DNA from: Candidatus Omnitrophota bacterium
GTDB lineage: Bacteria; Omnitrophota; Gorgyraeia; Zapsychrales; Fredricksoniimonadaceae
NCBI GenBank assembly: GCA_903860135.1
Contig: CAIOPG010000016.1
Location: 2,674 to 66,673 of the forward strand
Length of the DNA stretch: 64,000 nucleotides
Reading direction: 5' to 3'
The position numbers and the translations under genes were made by a program. The stretch's first letter is position 1; every line of letters begins with the position of its first letter. The notes under the pieces are model-generated. The model had not been told where the DNA came from and did no database searches. It saw nothing but the letters and a program-made list of their open reading frames with translations. Below are positions 36,636-47,461 of the stretch, piece after piece.

Positions 36636-37490
36636 TCAAATGTGTCCGAGCCGCCGTTTGAATGTTTTCCACGGAAAAAGCGTGCCGGGGCATTCGGTCC
36701 TAGCGCCGAAGACCTGACCGTGGCCAAGGATATTGCGCTCCGGGATATGATAGTATTGCTTCAGATGATCCACAAGGCGGATCAAAGCGGCCAGCTGAGC
36801 TTCTGGCACATGTTCCTGGCTGAAGTTCCCCACCAGGCATATCCCGATCGCCTTGGCATTCATACCGGAAGCCTTGCAATGCGCACCGTCTTTCTGGGCA
36901 ACCCAGCGGGGGGTCGCATCCACATGCCCGGCGATGGAGCCTTTGGTGCCGTTATCAACAATGAAATCATAGCCCGTTCCATCAAAACCCCGGTGTAAAT
37001 GGGCCTTAAAAAGAGACATGGCATTGTCCGCATCGGTCGCGCTGTGATGGATAATGATATATTTCCATTTACGCGAAGGGAACACCGGGATAACCTCCCG
37101 GAGCGGTGCGGCCAAGGGGATCATGACCGTCTGCCCCATCTTAAGATCCGCAGGCTCTTTGAAATGATTGCGCAATAGAATATCATTCACCGTGACATCG
37201 TACATCCGGCTCAGGCGAAAGACCGTTTCGCCTGGAACAACCATATGCGCCATATCATGACGTGGCCCGGGAATCGGCGAAAGGCCCAGGGGTAATGTTA
37301 CCGGCCCCGATCGAACCGACGGAGAAATCATTGGCGGCGTGGCGCAGGAAGTCATCCCCAGCACCAGCACCACAAACATCCCCCGCCAGATCCATGGGCT
37401 GATAGTCCTGTGCAGATCGATCATTCTTTTCATGCTAGGAAATTGTCCTTTTTTGTAGCCAGCATGCCCCTGCTCAGGGACGCCGGACAC
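36636..37490 (-). CDS. LysM + N-acetylmuramoyl-L-alanine amidase lipoprotein
   Basis: Lipobox, LysM, IIIHHSAT, GAHC, GICLVGNF, ECPG. Confidence 0.88.
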   Translation of the reverse strand: MSGVPEQGHAGYKKGQFPSMKRMIDLHRTISPWIWRGMFVVLVLGMTSCATPPMISPSVRSGPVTLPLGLSPIPGPRHDMAHMVVPGETVFRLSRMYDVTVNDILLRNHFKEPADLKMGQTVMIPLAAPLREVIPVFPSRKWKYIIIHHSATDADNAMSLFKAHLHRGFDGTGYDFIVDNGTKGSIAGHVDATPRWVAQKDGAHCKASGMNAKAIGICLVGNFSQEHVPEAQLAALIRLVDHLKQYYHIPERNILGHGQVFGARTECPGTLFPWKTFKRRLGHI

Positions 37491-38079
37491 TGCGCACCGT
37501 CTTCACCCAAAACACCTCGCAAGCCCCGCCACCTGAATCCTCACGGGTCAATGATGTATTCCAGTGCCAGCCGTCTGTCTTTGTTACATCCACAAGAAAG
37601 CCTTCCAGATCAACCACATCAAAACGCCGCACAGCCGCGATCTTTCTCAAAACATTCTTATTATCCGCAAGGATGTGATGATTGGCCGAATGGCGCACGA
37701 CCTCATCGGCCGCTACCGGCAATTCGCCTTTCCAAGTATAATTATACCAGCGCCCGTCCTGCGAGATCTTTAAGGCATTGATCAGGGCTGCCTGACTCAT
37801 GACACCCCAACCGAGGGCCAGATCATATGGCGCCAGAATATCCTCGTCATATCCGGCCCAATAATGATGCCGGGAAAGAACAAGCGCTTTAATCCAATAA
37901 TGTGCCCGGGGAGAAATTGTATACGCGCCTTTTGTCCATGGCGCAGGCAGATCCTCTGTTGCCTGGATCGGCTCAGCGGGTGCGGCAGAACCTTTCCACG
38001 CGGCCCTTGGCAGCGGCCCACAAAAATGCCACGCCAAAAAAGCAATAATTGTATAAAAAAGGATTTTCTTCAGTGTCAC
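37474..38079 (-). CDS. Conserved-looking exported hypothetical protein
   Basis: N-terminal TM; DLALGWG, SANHH, SLTREDSG.GACE. Confidence 0.7.
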   Translation of the reverse strand: MTLKKILFYTIIAFLAWHFCGPLPRAAWKGSAAPAEPIQATEDLPAPWTKGAYTISPRAHYWIKALVLSRHHYWAGYDEDILAPYDLALGWGVMSQAALINALKISQDGRWYNYTWKGELPVAADEVVRHSANHHILADNKNVLRKIAAVRRFDVVDLEGFLVDVTKTDGWHWNTSLTREDSGGGACEVFWVKTVRSVRRP

Positions 38080-38196
38080 AATCCATCATTCCCTGAATGC
38101 CGATAAACCCGGATTGTGCATTAGCCACCAGGAAAATGCCCGGGCAATGGATTATAACAAGAAAAGATCTTCATGCCAGAACTTGAAAAGAATTCT

Positions 38197-40155
38197 TTAC
38201 TCGTAACGCAGGGCTTCGATAGGATTTAGATTGGCGGCCTGTATCGCCGGGCGCAGGCCGAAGACAATACCAACAGCGATGGAAAAAGCCGCGGCCATGA
38301 CGATCGATCCCAAAGACACCTTGGTCGCCCAGCCCGCGACTGCCGACAAAATCCAAGCGGTGCCTGTACCGAGGACAATGCCGATCAATCCGCCGATCAC
38401 CGTCATCAGGACAGCTTCGATCAAGAACTGGGAAATAATATCCGACTTGCGCGCGCCGATCGCTTTGCGCAGGCCGATCTCACGCGTGCGCTCGGTCACC
38501 GACACCAGCATGATGTTCATGATCCCGATGCCGCCGACCAGAAGTGATATCGCGGCAATGGACCCCAACAGAAGTGTCATGGTCTGGGTGGTGCTCTCAA
38601 GCGTTGCCTGGATCTCAGCCATATTGCGGATCTGGAAAGAATCTTCCTTGTCTTTCTCCTGTTTATGCCGCTTGATAATAAGGGATCTCAATGACTCCTG
38701 GGCCTGCTCCATCAACGCCGCATCAGCAACTTCAACATCGATCGAATCAACATACTGCTTGCCCAACAGCCGGTACATGGCCGTCGTTACAGGAACCATG
38801 ACCACATCATCCTCATCATGCCAGCCCGAAGCTCCTTTTTCCGGCAGGACGCCGATCACCCTGAAACTGACGCGATTGACGCGGATATCCCGGCCGACCG
38901 GATTGTCATCACCGAAAAGCTGCACGGCCACCGTCTTGCCGACCAAGGCAACACGCTCGCGCATCCTTAATTCCTCGGCCGTGAAAAATCTTCCCAACAC
39001 AGGATTGGCAGAACGCATGCCGGCATAATCAACCCCTGCCCCCTGCACCTGCGTGCTCCAGTTCTTGTCACCTGCAACAAGCTGAACACGACCAGATACC
39101 GTCGGTGACACCCGCCTGACTTCCATCAGGCGCGCCATGGCCTGCGCATCATCAAGGGTAAAACGTGTCACCGCACCCGCTCCGAGCGACACCCCGCCCA
39201 TCTGGGAAGACCCCGGCCTTACCATAAGCAAATTCGAACCCAATGATGACAGGCGCTGAGCGATCGCATCTTTGGCACCCTGACCGAGGGCCAGCATGGC
39301 AATGACTGCCGCCACGCCGATCAGGATCCCCAACATGGATAATAATGACCGCATACGGTTGGAAAGGATAGCATGGGCCGACTGCCGGACATGGTCTGTC
39401 CATTCCGCGCGACCGCCGACACGGACTGGCCCCGCCAGTGCCTGATCGATCGAGGCGAGGTCCACACGCGCCGGAGGACATGCTGCATCCTTTATTTCAT
39501 CGGAAACAATCCGGCCATCGCGCATCAGGATAATCCGCCGGGCATGCTCGGCCACTTCCCGTTCATGGGTCACCAGGACAATCGTCTTGCCCTGCGCGTT
39601 GAGTTCCCTTAAGATGGCCATGATCTCGGCTTCGCTTTTGGTATCCAGGTTTCCCGTCGGCTCATCCGCGAAGATGATCACCGGGTCATTGACCAGCGCC
39701 CTGGCAATGGCCACACGCTGGCGTTCCCCGCCTGACAGTTCGTTGGGCTGATGATCTGCCCTGGCCCCCAGCCCCACAGCCTTGATCCTGGCCGACGCGC
39801 GTTCGCGTAGATGCTGTTTACCGGCATAGATCAACGGCAGGGCGATATTATCCAGTGCCGTGATCCTGGGCAAAAGATGAAACTGCTGGAACACAAAACC
39901 AGCAGTCTGATTGCGCAGCACAGCCAACTGATCATCACCCAAGCGGCTGATGTCGTGGCCGTTAAGAAAATACGCGCCGGCATCCGGGCGATCCAAGAAA
40001 CCCAGGACATGCAGCATGGTCGATTTCCCGGAACCCGACGGCCCCATGATCGCGACAAAATCGCCAGCTTTGATCGTGAGTGAAACATCCTGCAAGGCAC
40101 GCACCTGGGCAGTGCCCATCTGATACGTCTTGCTGATATGCTTGAGTTCAATCAT
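38197..40155 (-). CDS. macB: MacB-type ABC ATPase/permease
   Basis: GPSGSGKST, LSGG, GIMNIMLVSVTERTREIG. Confidence 0.95.
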   Translation of the reverse strand: MIELKHISKTYQMGTAQVRALQDVSLTIKAGDFVAIMGPSGSGKSTMLHVLGFLDRPDAGAYFLNGHDISRLGDDQLAVLRNQTAGFVFQQFHLLPRITALDNIALPLIYAGKQHLRERASARIKAVGLGARADHQPNELSGGERQRVAIARALVNDPVIIFADEPTGNLDTKSEAEIMAILRELNAQGKTIVLVTHEREVAEHARRIILMRDGRIVSDEIKDAACPPARVDLASIDQALAGPVRVGGRAEWTDHVRQSAHAILSNRMRSLLSMLGILIGVAAVIAMLALGQGAKDAIAQRLSSLGSNLLMVRPGSSQMGGVSLGAGAVTRFTLDDAQAMARLMEVRRVSPTVSGRVQLVAGDKNWSTQVQGAGVDYAGMRSANPVLGRFFTAEELRMRERVALVGKTVAVQLFGDDNPVGRDIRVNRVSFRVIGVLPEKGASGWHDEDDVVMVPVTTAMYRLLGKQYVDSIDVEVADAALMEQAQESLRSLIIKRHKQEKDKEDSFQIRNMAEIQATLESTTQTMTLLLGSIAAISLLVGGIGIMNIMLVSVTERTREIGLRKAIGARKSDIISQFLIEAVLMTVIGGLIGIVLGTGTAWILSAVAGWATKVSLGSIVMAAAFSIAVGIVFGLRPAIQAANLNPIEALRYE

Positions 40156-40166
40156 GAGATGTTCCT

Positions 40167-41138
40167 TTAATGCGCCCCGCGCCTTCCGCCAGGACCTGCG
40201 GGCATAAAAGGACTGCCCGCCTTCTTGGCGGTACCCTTAGTTCCCTTGCTCACAACAGACACGATTAAAACCTTGTCATCTTCTGCAAGCCCGCGGGTGA
40301 CCTGCACATTCTCGCCGTCGGATAATCCCAGCTCGACTTCCTGCACAAGCGGCTTGACTCCGCGGCCCTGACCGATGAGAATAAAATTCTTGCCGTTTTC
40401 TTTGGTCACAGCTTGCTGGGATACGAGAAGCAAATGCTCCTGACTTGACTGGATGATCTTGACATTGGCACTCATGCCCGAACGAAAAACCTCCGGCACC
40501 TGTTCTGGGACAATATCAACGGCATAGATCGTTACATTGCTCACGGTTTTGGATTCGTAAGATACATGATCCACCTTGGCCTTGACCTCCATTTGTGGAT
40601 AGGCGTCGAGGGTGATCACAGCCTCCTGGCCCAGCTTGACCTTGCCGATATCTGTTTCGTCGACCTGAGTCTCAACAATCAGCCGGTCGGAAAGAACGAT
40701 CACCGCATCAGCCTGTGTCACGGTCTGCCCCGGCTCAACCGCCTTAACGATCACATCACCGTCAATGGGCGCGATCAGAGGCGTTGGTTTATATACATCC
40801 TCCCAGCTCTTCATTGTCGACGCCCCCTGCAGACGGGCCGCGTCCATAAGAGCCGCACGGTCCGTCGAGCTCATGAGCGCAAGGATATCCCCGGTTTTCA
40901 CCTTCTGCCCTTCAACCACAAGGATCTTTTCAATACGCCCGCTGATCGGCGGCTTGATCTCAAGGCGGTTCTGCGGCTGAACAGTGCCCGTAGCTGTAAT
41001 CGATACCTCGATCTTGCCGTAAAACGGCTTGACCCGCTTGTACGCAATCGCCTTTGCAGAACCTCGTCCAAAGAAGACCCACACCCCGATAACAACACAA
41101 AAAACACCAAGCACCATGGCAATATTTCGTTTATTCAT
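40167..41138 (-). CDS. macA: MacA-type periplasmic adaptor
   Basis: APIDG, VDETDI..VKLGQ, GMSA; start ATG 41138. Confidence 0.88.
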   Translation of the reverse strand: MNKRNIAMVLGVFCVVIGVWVFFGRGSAKAIAYKRVKPFYGKIEVSITATGTVQPQNRLEIKPPISGRIEKILVVEGQKVKTGDILALMSSTDRAALMDAARLQGASTMKSWEDVYKPTPLIAPIDGDVIVKAVEPGQTVTQADAVIVLSDRLIVETQVDETDIGKVKLGQEAVITLDAYPQMEVKAKVDHVSYESKTVSNVTIYAVDIVPEQVPEVFRSGMSANVKIIQSSQEHLLLVSQQAVTKENGKNFILIGQGRGVKPLVQEVELGLSDGENVQVTRGLAEDDKVLIVSVVSKGTKGTAKKAGSPFMPAGPGGRRGAH

Positions 41139-42393
41139 CGATCGTCTCCCCTTTAGCCTGGAGCCAGCTGGCTTCCGCCAGCAACGCATTGGTTTTGGCC
41201 TGTAATAAAGACTTCTGGTTCTTCACCAGGTCATCCTCGATGATCGTCCAGTCATTAAACGTGGCAAGGCCGGACTTGTATTGCGCTTCGACAATTTCCG
41301 CGCGCTGACGGGCTGCCTGAAAGAATTTCTCCTGGACCGCCGCTTGATCGACATCATTGATCCACTGTGTCCATGCCTGTGCCAGCGTAAATATCACGCC
41401 ATCACGACCACTGCGGGCATCAGCTTCAGCCTGCTGATAAGCCGCTTTAGCTTTGGCCAGCGCCGCCTGTTGTTGGCCACCCTGAAAGATCGGGAAAGAC
41501 ACACTGATACCGGCGGACCAGTTGCTTGTTTGCGGCGGCCATCCGGCATCACTCTTCCCGGCACCGGCATCGGCATACACCTGCGGAAAGAAATCAGACC
41601 TGGCCGACTTTACGCCAAAACGCGCCGCCTCTTTCTGCGCGACAAGATTCTTGAGCAACGGTGTCATCGCAACCAAGGTTTCAAATTCAGGCCTGGCACG
41701 ATCGATTTCAACGACGGTAAGATCCCCAGTCGCCGTGAGTGCCGCGAATTTAACACGCCCCAACGCCTTTAGCAAGCGCCGCTGGTATAGTTCAATAGAC
41801 CGCTCGGCCGTAACACAATCAAGCTCTGCCTGCGCCGCATTCGCCTCAGCGGTCAAGAGCGAACCTTTATGTTCGCGCCCCCCCTGATATTGCAACGTCA
41901 CCATTGCCATATTCTGCCGGCGACGGCTCAGGATATTTTGCGTGACATTGAGATTTTCCTGCGCGCTTAAAAGGCCGATAAAGGCGGTGTCTAATTCAAG
42001 GCGCACATTGGAAGAAACGACCTGATAATTGTATGTCGCGGATTTGACCTGCTCCTGCGCAGCGGCAAGATCATGCGATGCCTTGAACCCGTCAAACAAA
42101 AGCTGACGGCCGCTGATGCGATAAGAATACGCATCGGCCTGCTGCCGGGCCATTGTCTTGCTGGTATCTGCCCCGGCATTGGCCGATAACTGCGGCAAAG
42201 CCGCACTGCGCACGATCCCTGTATTGGCTTGAGCCGCCTTCAACTTCTGACGGGCTGACATCAATTCGGGATTGTTGTCGCGCGCCTCACGCACCGCCAT
42301 TGCCCAGGACAATGGCTCATCCCCGGCGGCATAGGCCAGCGGAATAACCATAAAACAGAAAACAACAATAACAGCCACTTTCTTCAACGCCAT
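41131..42393 (-). CDS. TolC-family outer-membrane protein
   Basis: Signal peptide, NPEL, PIFQGG, Y..G; operon with macAB. Confidence 0.88.
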   Translation of the reverse strand: MALKKVAVIVVFCFMVIPLAYAAGDEPLSWAMAVREARDNNPELMSARQKLKAAQANTGIVRSAALPQLSANAGADTSKTMARQQADAYSYRISGRQLLFDGFKASHDLAAAQEQVKSATYNYQVVSSNVRLELDTAFIGLLSAQENLNVTQNILSRRRQNMAMVTLQYQGGREHKGSLLTAEANAAQAELDCVTAERSIELYQRRLLKALGRVKFAALTATGDLTVVEIDRARPEFETLVAMTPLLKNLVAQKEAARFGVKSARSDFFPQVYADAGAGKSDAGWPPQTSNWSAGISVSFPIFQGGQQQAALAKAKAAYQQAEADARSGRDGVIFTLAQAWTQWINDVDQAAVQEKFFQAARQRAEIVEAQYKSGLATFNDWTIIEDDLVKNQKSLLQAKTNALLAEASWLQAKGETIDE

Positions 42394-42566
42394 AATACCC
42401 TTCACTTTCCCTAATGCCCGCTAAAAACATTCTTGCCGTGCCGCACATTGTGTTAGACACAGCTTAACCCTAAAAAGTTACATGAATATGGAAATATTAT
42501 TGAAAAAGGTCCGCCATAACGACGGACCCTGTAAGCACTTCTCCTGAAACAATAATCTCCCCGTGC

Positions 42567-43193
42567 TTATATCACGTAACGGATCACCCATTCCGTCGAC
42601 GGAAGGGTTAGCTTCACTTCTTTATAGTTTGTCCCTAAGACCCCGAAAGCTTCAGCCTCTTTGCCCGAGCAAATGATCTGGTACGCCTTGGCCTTATCCA
42701 GCCCCACCGCCTTCAAAAAGAAAGGCGTACGCACCATCATCGACACAAGCCCGGCAACCTTGCCGTCTTTCATGACAGGATACCGCATCGCGATCAGCCT
42801 GGGCTGAACCATACTGCCATGCGCCGGCTCGGAAAGCTGTGGCCCGGGGCTTTCTTTCAATAACTTCTGAAACAGATGAAGCTCCTTGACGCCCTTGAGA
42901 TCAAACCCGCGCGCCAGAAAATGCGACGGAAATAAAACCTGCCGGATCACCCAGTTCTCATCGATGAAAGATCCTCCAAAAATCCCCGGAACCCCGGCAA
43001 TGACAGGTTTCATGGCCTCGCGAAAAGTCAAATAATTTGGCTGCGCATCAGCCGCCAGCTTCAATTTGGCAAACGTGTCATCAAAATACGCCTGTACTTT
43101 CTGCCCCACAGGATCATCCGCCGGAACAGGCGCGGCCAACGCCATGGTTCCCATGGTCAATAACAACGTGATCCCCATCAAGAACTTTTTCAT
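42567..43193 (-). CDS. Exported hypothetical protein (Cache-like fold possible)
   Basis: Signal peptide; SEP...YPV...GKVAG. Confidence 0.6.
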   Translation of the reverse strand: MKKFLMGITLLLTMGTMALAAPVPADDPVGQKVQAYFDDTFAKLKLAADAQPNYLTFREAMKPVIAGVPGIFGGSFIDENWVIRQVLFPSHFLARGFDLKGVKELHLFQKLLKESPGPQLSEPAHGSMVQPRLIAMRYPVMKDGKVAGLVSMMVRTPFFLKAVGLDKAKAYQIICSGKEAEAFGVLGTNYKEVKLTLPSTEWVIRYVI

Positions 43194-43242
43194 ACAACCC
43201 CCTGTTTCATTAATAATGTTTTCTACACCCGCGCGACACAGC

Positions 43243-44277
43243 CTACCTGATCCAACCCACAGCCTTTTCGATATCCAGCGCCTTGAACATCCCCAGAGCT
43301 ACCGCACGCCGCGCCGCCTCCCCCAGCCCAAGACCACACGCATCCAAGAGCGACAACCCCTCGACCATAAAACCGTACGCGTCACGCGCCACAGGCGTCA
43401 ATTCCTCCTGAAATTGATGGAATACCGCCTTGTCGACCGGCAAATCACCTTCCATCTCTTTAAGTCGTTTCCCTGCCGCACGATGCTGGTACGTCATCAG
43501 GGAAAGGGCATAATTATGACGCCGTTCAATATGATCACGAGCCAGATCCCGCATATCATCGGCAAGCTGACAACCCAATCCAAATTTGCCCAGCCCCTGG
43601 CGTGCCAACGCCATCACCCGGAGGTCAACCTCCTTCTCGATCCGTTCCGGGCCAAACAACGGCAGATGAAACAACAACCCTGTTTTCAACTGATGGATCG
43701 TATTCAATACATATTCAGGCCGGGGACGTTTAACGATACCCGCCTCCTCGGAGGCCTCTTCGGCCGCACTGGGCAAAAGCACCTGCAATGTGCCGTCGGC
43801 GACGATCCGCGCCTGTTCTGGTGTGATCACCCCGCCGGACACCGCCTCTGCAATGAACCGCCCCATGATCCTATCCGCCGCCATGACAGCTACTACCTGA
43901 CGCATGACACGCGAGTCTGCCGGCATCTTGATCGGGAAAAAAACCTTGTCCTCATCATCGAGCAGATTATCCGCCGATGTCACCCAAATACGGAATAAAT
44001 AATTGATCCGCCCATAGAACAGCCGCCGTTCCGGGGCAATATCCAGAAGGGCATACACCGCCTGAAAAAATGTTGAGAAAAAATTGCGGTGCGGCATATA
44101 CATAGCCGCCGGAAGTGCTCCGGCGCTGATCACAAAATCTCCGGGCGTTCCCCGCGGAGAAACCATGATCTCCCTGCCGACCCGGTCAACATCACCGAGG
44201 CAAAGGCAACATTCCTTAAATGCCCCCACAAGCACCTTGTTCTCAACAAAAGCACGGCCGATATCGAGCACCGACAT
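43243..44277 (-). CDS. Class I isoprenoid synthase-fold protein
   Basis: ADNLLDDE, KTG, QLADD.RD Asp-rich motifs. Confidence 0.72.
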   Translation of the reverse strand: MSVLDIGRAFVENKVLVGAFKECCLCLGDVDRVGREIMVSPRGTPGDFVISAGALPAAMYMPHRNFFSTFFQAVYALLDIAPERRLFYGRINYLFRIWVTSADNLLDDEDKVFFPIKMPADSRVMRQVVAVMAADRIMGRFIAEAVSGGVITPEQARIVADGTLQVLLPSAAEEASEEAGIVKRPRPEYVLNTIHQLKTGLLFHLPLFGPERIEKEVDLRVMALARQGLGKFGLGCQLADDMRDLARDHIERRHNYALSLMTYQHRAAGKRLKEMEGDLPVDKAVFHQFQEELTPVARDAYGFMVEGLSLLDACGLGLGEAARRAVALGMFKALDIEKAVGWIR

Positions 44278-45140
44278 CAGGAACTCTTCCTGTAATAATG
44301 CTGCAAATATGCCTCCAGATCCATCTTTCCCCGCTGTGCGGTCGGAGCGCTATTGACAGAAAAGAAAAGGATCAGTTGCCCCATGGCATAATACTGAAAC
44401 GAAAACGGCCGGATAAGAACCAGCATCAACCGGCAGATCCACGCCGGGATGGAAATCATCCGGATCGGCTTATCCCATAATTTAAAACAGGCTGTGCCGA
44501 TCTGACGCCAGGTCATGTCGCGCGGCCCGCCAATAGACGTATACGTATTGGCCAATAACAGCGTATCGTCAACCATCAGGGCTGCCAGTTCTTCGACTTC
44601 AACCGGCGTACTGACCGCATTGCCATTACCAATGATATACATCGGCCCCTTGCGGGCAAGCTCGGCCATGCCAACGAAATCAGCCATAAACCCGCCGGAA
44701 CGAACGATAATCCACGCCAACCCGCTTTTCTTCAATGCTTCTTCAAACTTGAACTTAGCCTCCATCAAAGGCACGCCCTGGCGCGCCCCAAGATCTGTTC
44801 CCGCCGGAGATATAACAACAAACTTCCTGACCCCCGCCCGTTTCGCCTCGGCCAGCAGGTTCATGTTCCCCTGATAATCCACATCCATGTGCGTTAATTT
44901 ACCGCGGATCCGCGTGATGCCAACGACCGAGACAACCACGTCGATCCCGGCGCAGGTCCCGTGCAGGGATTCAGGCCGCGTCACATCCCCCAGGATCTTG
45001 GAAGATAAGCCTTCGATACCATTAAATTCGCGCTCAAAGAGAGACAACCCCGATGGATTGACCCCTTTCTTGTTAAATGCCCCCACCAGTGCCCGCCCCA
45101 ACACTCCGCCAACGCCCGCGATCAAAATATTATCCGCCAT
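44277..45140 (-). CDS. Atypical SDR / NAD(P)-binding oxidoreductase
   Basis: G..G.LG, VDYQGN.NL; start ATG 45140. Confidence 0.85.
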   Translation of the reverse strand: MADNILIAGVGGVLGRALVGAFNKKGVNPSGLSLFEREFNGIEGLSSKILGDVTRPESLHGTCAGIDVVVSVVGITRIRGKLTHMDVDYQGNMNLLAEAKRAGVRKFVVISPAGTDLGARQGVPLMEAKFKFEEALKKSGLAWIIVRSGGFMADFVGMAELARKGPMYIIGNGNAVSTPVEVEELAALMVDDTLLLANTYTSIGGPRDMTWRQIGTACFKLWDKPIRMISIPAWICRLMLVLIRPFSFQYYAMGQLILFFSVNSAPTAQRGKMDLEAYLQHYYRKSS

Positions 45141-45185
45141 ACCTGTCTCCCCGGTTACGATCTCCTCCTTCAACAATAAAGCACC

Positions 45186-45407
45186 CTATTCAAAATAAAC
45201 GTGCTTGATCATCCGCCAATGCAGAGCCAAATGAACAATAACAAGAACGGACAGCACCAGCCCGCCAAAAGCATGGACCAGATAAACCACATGTTCCTGT
45301 TCTTTGGGTAACTCCATAAAGAAAAGAACCGCGCTGGTAATAACCTGAACAATGAAGAAAACAAAAAGAAGAAAATTGCCCCACAACAAACATCGCGCCT
45401 TATTCAT
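45186..45407 (-). CDS. DUF4405-like small membrane protein
   Basis: Two TM helices, H...G...HL.LHW; AAGGAG RBS. Confidence 0.7.
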   Translation of the reverse strand: MNKARCLLWGNFLLFVFFIVQVITSAVLFFMELPKEQEHVVYLVHAFGGLVLSVLVIVHLALHWRMIKHVYFE

Positions 45408-45494
45408 ACATTTCTCCTTTATATGACACCACGCCACCGATCTCCTGTGCCGGTCCGACATGTATTAATTATCCCATAAATTTAAAAGCATAAA

Positions 45495-45511
45495 AGCATC
45501 TCCTGCGCCAA
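45495..45511 (-). promoter_or_regulatory. Putative sigma54 promoter
   Basis: TTGGCGCAGGAGATGCT has GG-N10-GC spacing. Confidence 0.55.
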
Positions 45512-45600
45512 ACAGGTGTCTTAAACGCAAACTATGGCATAAAAAATAAAAAACCCCGCAAAAACTTGCAGGGTTCAAAGGATACACTGAGGCAATGCTG

Positions 45601-46140
45601 TTACAACCCGTATTTCTTAAGTTTATACCAAAGATTACGTTCGGAAATACCCAGCAGGCGTGCCGCCTCCGCCTTAACACCGCCGGCGGCATAAAGCGCT
45701 TTCTGGATCGCCTCTTTTTCTTTAATATCGATCTGTGCTTGCAGGTCAAAGCCAGCCTGAGGCAAAACATTCTCTGCGAAAACCTTGGGCATGGCCTTGC
45801 TGACCGACTGCACCAGCTCCTCGACGCTGAAAGGCTTACGGATATAATCACAGGCACCATGCTTCAATGTTTTTACCGCTGTATCCACATCCGCGTACGC
45901 GGTTGTCACCACGATCGGCAACTTGATGCCCAGGCGCTCCATTTCGTAAATGAGCTCCACCCCGCCCATGACCGGCATCCGCACATCGGTCACAACCACA
46001 TCCACCTGTTTGTCAAACAGGACTTTCAGCGCCTCTTCACCATTGGCCGCCGTCAGCACATTGAACCCATATTCGGGAAGCCCCAGGCGCAACACGCGCA
46101 GAAGGCGCGGCTCATCGTCCACAATAAGCATGGTAGGCAT
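45601..46140 (-). CDS. Response regulator, receiver + Fis-type HTH (no AAA+ domain)
   Basis: REC motifs, then AARLLGISERNLWYKLKKY. Confidence 0.88.
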   Translation of the reverse strand: MPTMLIVDDEPRLLRVLRLGLPEYGFNVLTAANGEEALKVLFDKQVDVVVTDVRMPVMGGVELIYEMERLGIKLPIVVTTAYADVDTAVKTLKHGACDYIRKPFSVEELVQSVSKAMPKVFAENVLPQAGFDLQAQIDIKEKEAIQKALYAAGGVKAEAARLLGISERNLWYKLKKYGL

Positions 46141-46141
46141 A

Positions 46142-47455
46142 TTATATCCTCAGGGGCAAATAGACCGCAAATACAGCGCCGTGCGGGAGCGCGTCGGCAA
46201 CTTCGATCCTGCCGCCATGTTCTTCCACAATACGCCGGACAACCGTCAACCCGATCCCAAAACCGTAAGGCTTTGTCGTGTACATCAGGTCAAATATCTT
46301 CTGTTTTTGCGCAGGATTAAGCCCGACACCATGATCTTTCACCACCAGCACATACTCTCTCCCGACGACTTTCGTTACGATCTCAATACTGCCTTTTTCA
46401 GGAGACGCCTCAATGGCATTCAGCAAAAGGTTCATCAGCACCTGCCTGATCCCCGCCGCATGGCATGGCAAAAACACCCCTAGCGACTCATCCTTGATCT
46501 GCAGGACAAGCCCTGCGGTCTCAAGCTTAACGGCAAACAAGGCCGCCACCTGCTGGACCAGCGCCGCAATATCCACGGGAATCTTGGGCTTATTGTCCAC
46601 CCGATGCAGGTTCAACAGATCTGTCAACAACTCATCAACCCGTTCCACTTCAGAAGAAATATCCTGCGCCAGCGCCGCTACATCCCCTGCAGAACGCCGG
46701 GCAATGATCCCTGCCGCACTTTTGACGATCCCCAGCGGATTACGGATCTCATGCGCCAGGTGCTGGACCAGCGCCGCGAGTGCCAGTTGCCTTTGCTGAT
46801 CCACCAATTGACGCGCCTGACGATGCAACACCCTGATACTGTAACCACTGATACCCAGGACCAGCAGGATCACGATCAGCATGAAATAAATACTGCCTTC
46901 GTGCGCCTTGGAACGTGATCTTTGGGATTTCTCGAGCGACGTACGGATGCTCCCAAAATAAAATTGACGCAATAACTGGGTCGTCGCCTGCAATTGCCCG
47001 ATCGAACGGATCAGCGCCACCGCGGCCAAAGGATTGGACTTGGACGGCAACACATCAATGACCCGGGTCAATTCCAGGAAATACCGATGCGCCTTTCCGA
47101 GCAGGATAGCTTCCTCTTCTTCATGCGTCACAAGGCCAGTCCCCCGCGACGCTTCCTGCTCGGCACGCCCCCAGTCATATAATAACCGTGCCATAGCGTC
47201 AGACTTCGCTTTTAATTGCTCAAACGTCAATAGGCCGGCTTGCCAGCCTGTAATATCCGTCGCTATTTCCTTAAAAACATCTTCGGCGGCAACCATCCGC
47301 TGATACTCCGTCCATTCCTCCTCCAATTGCAGCTGATGGATGCGGATACCCTCAAGATAATGTAGGCCAATGCCCCCCATGATCACAATGACCAGGCCCA
47401 GAACCGTGAACGCCCACATGATCCTGCGCGTAAGGATCAACGACATCGATGCCAT
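46142..47455 (-). CDS. Sensor histidine kinase
   Basis: AHEIRNPL, NLLLNA, D.G.G, G.GIGL. Confidence 0.93.
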   Translation of the reverse strand: MASMSLILTRRIMWAFTVLGLVIVIMGGIGLHYLEGIRIHQLQLEEEWTEYQRMVAAEDVFKEIATDITGWQAGLLTFEQLKAKSDAMARLLYDWGRAEQEASRGTGLVTHEEEEAILLGKAHRYFLELTRVIDVLPSKSNPLAAVALIRSIGQLQATTQLLRQFYFGSIRTSLEKSQRSRSKAHEGSIYFMLIVILLVLGISGYSIRVLHRQARQLVDQQRQLALAALVQHLAHEIRNPLGIVKSAAGIIARRSAGDVAALAQDISSEVERVDELLTDLLNLHRVDNKPKIPVDIAALVQQVAALFAVKLETAGLVLQIKDESLGVFLPCHAAGIRQVLMNLLLNAIEASPEKGSIEIVTKVVGREYVLVVKDHGVGLNPAQKQKIFDLMYTTKPYGFGIGLTVVRRIVEEHGGRIEVADALPHGAVFAVYLPLRI

Positions 47456-47461
47456 AACACA

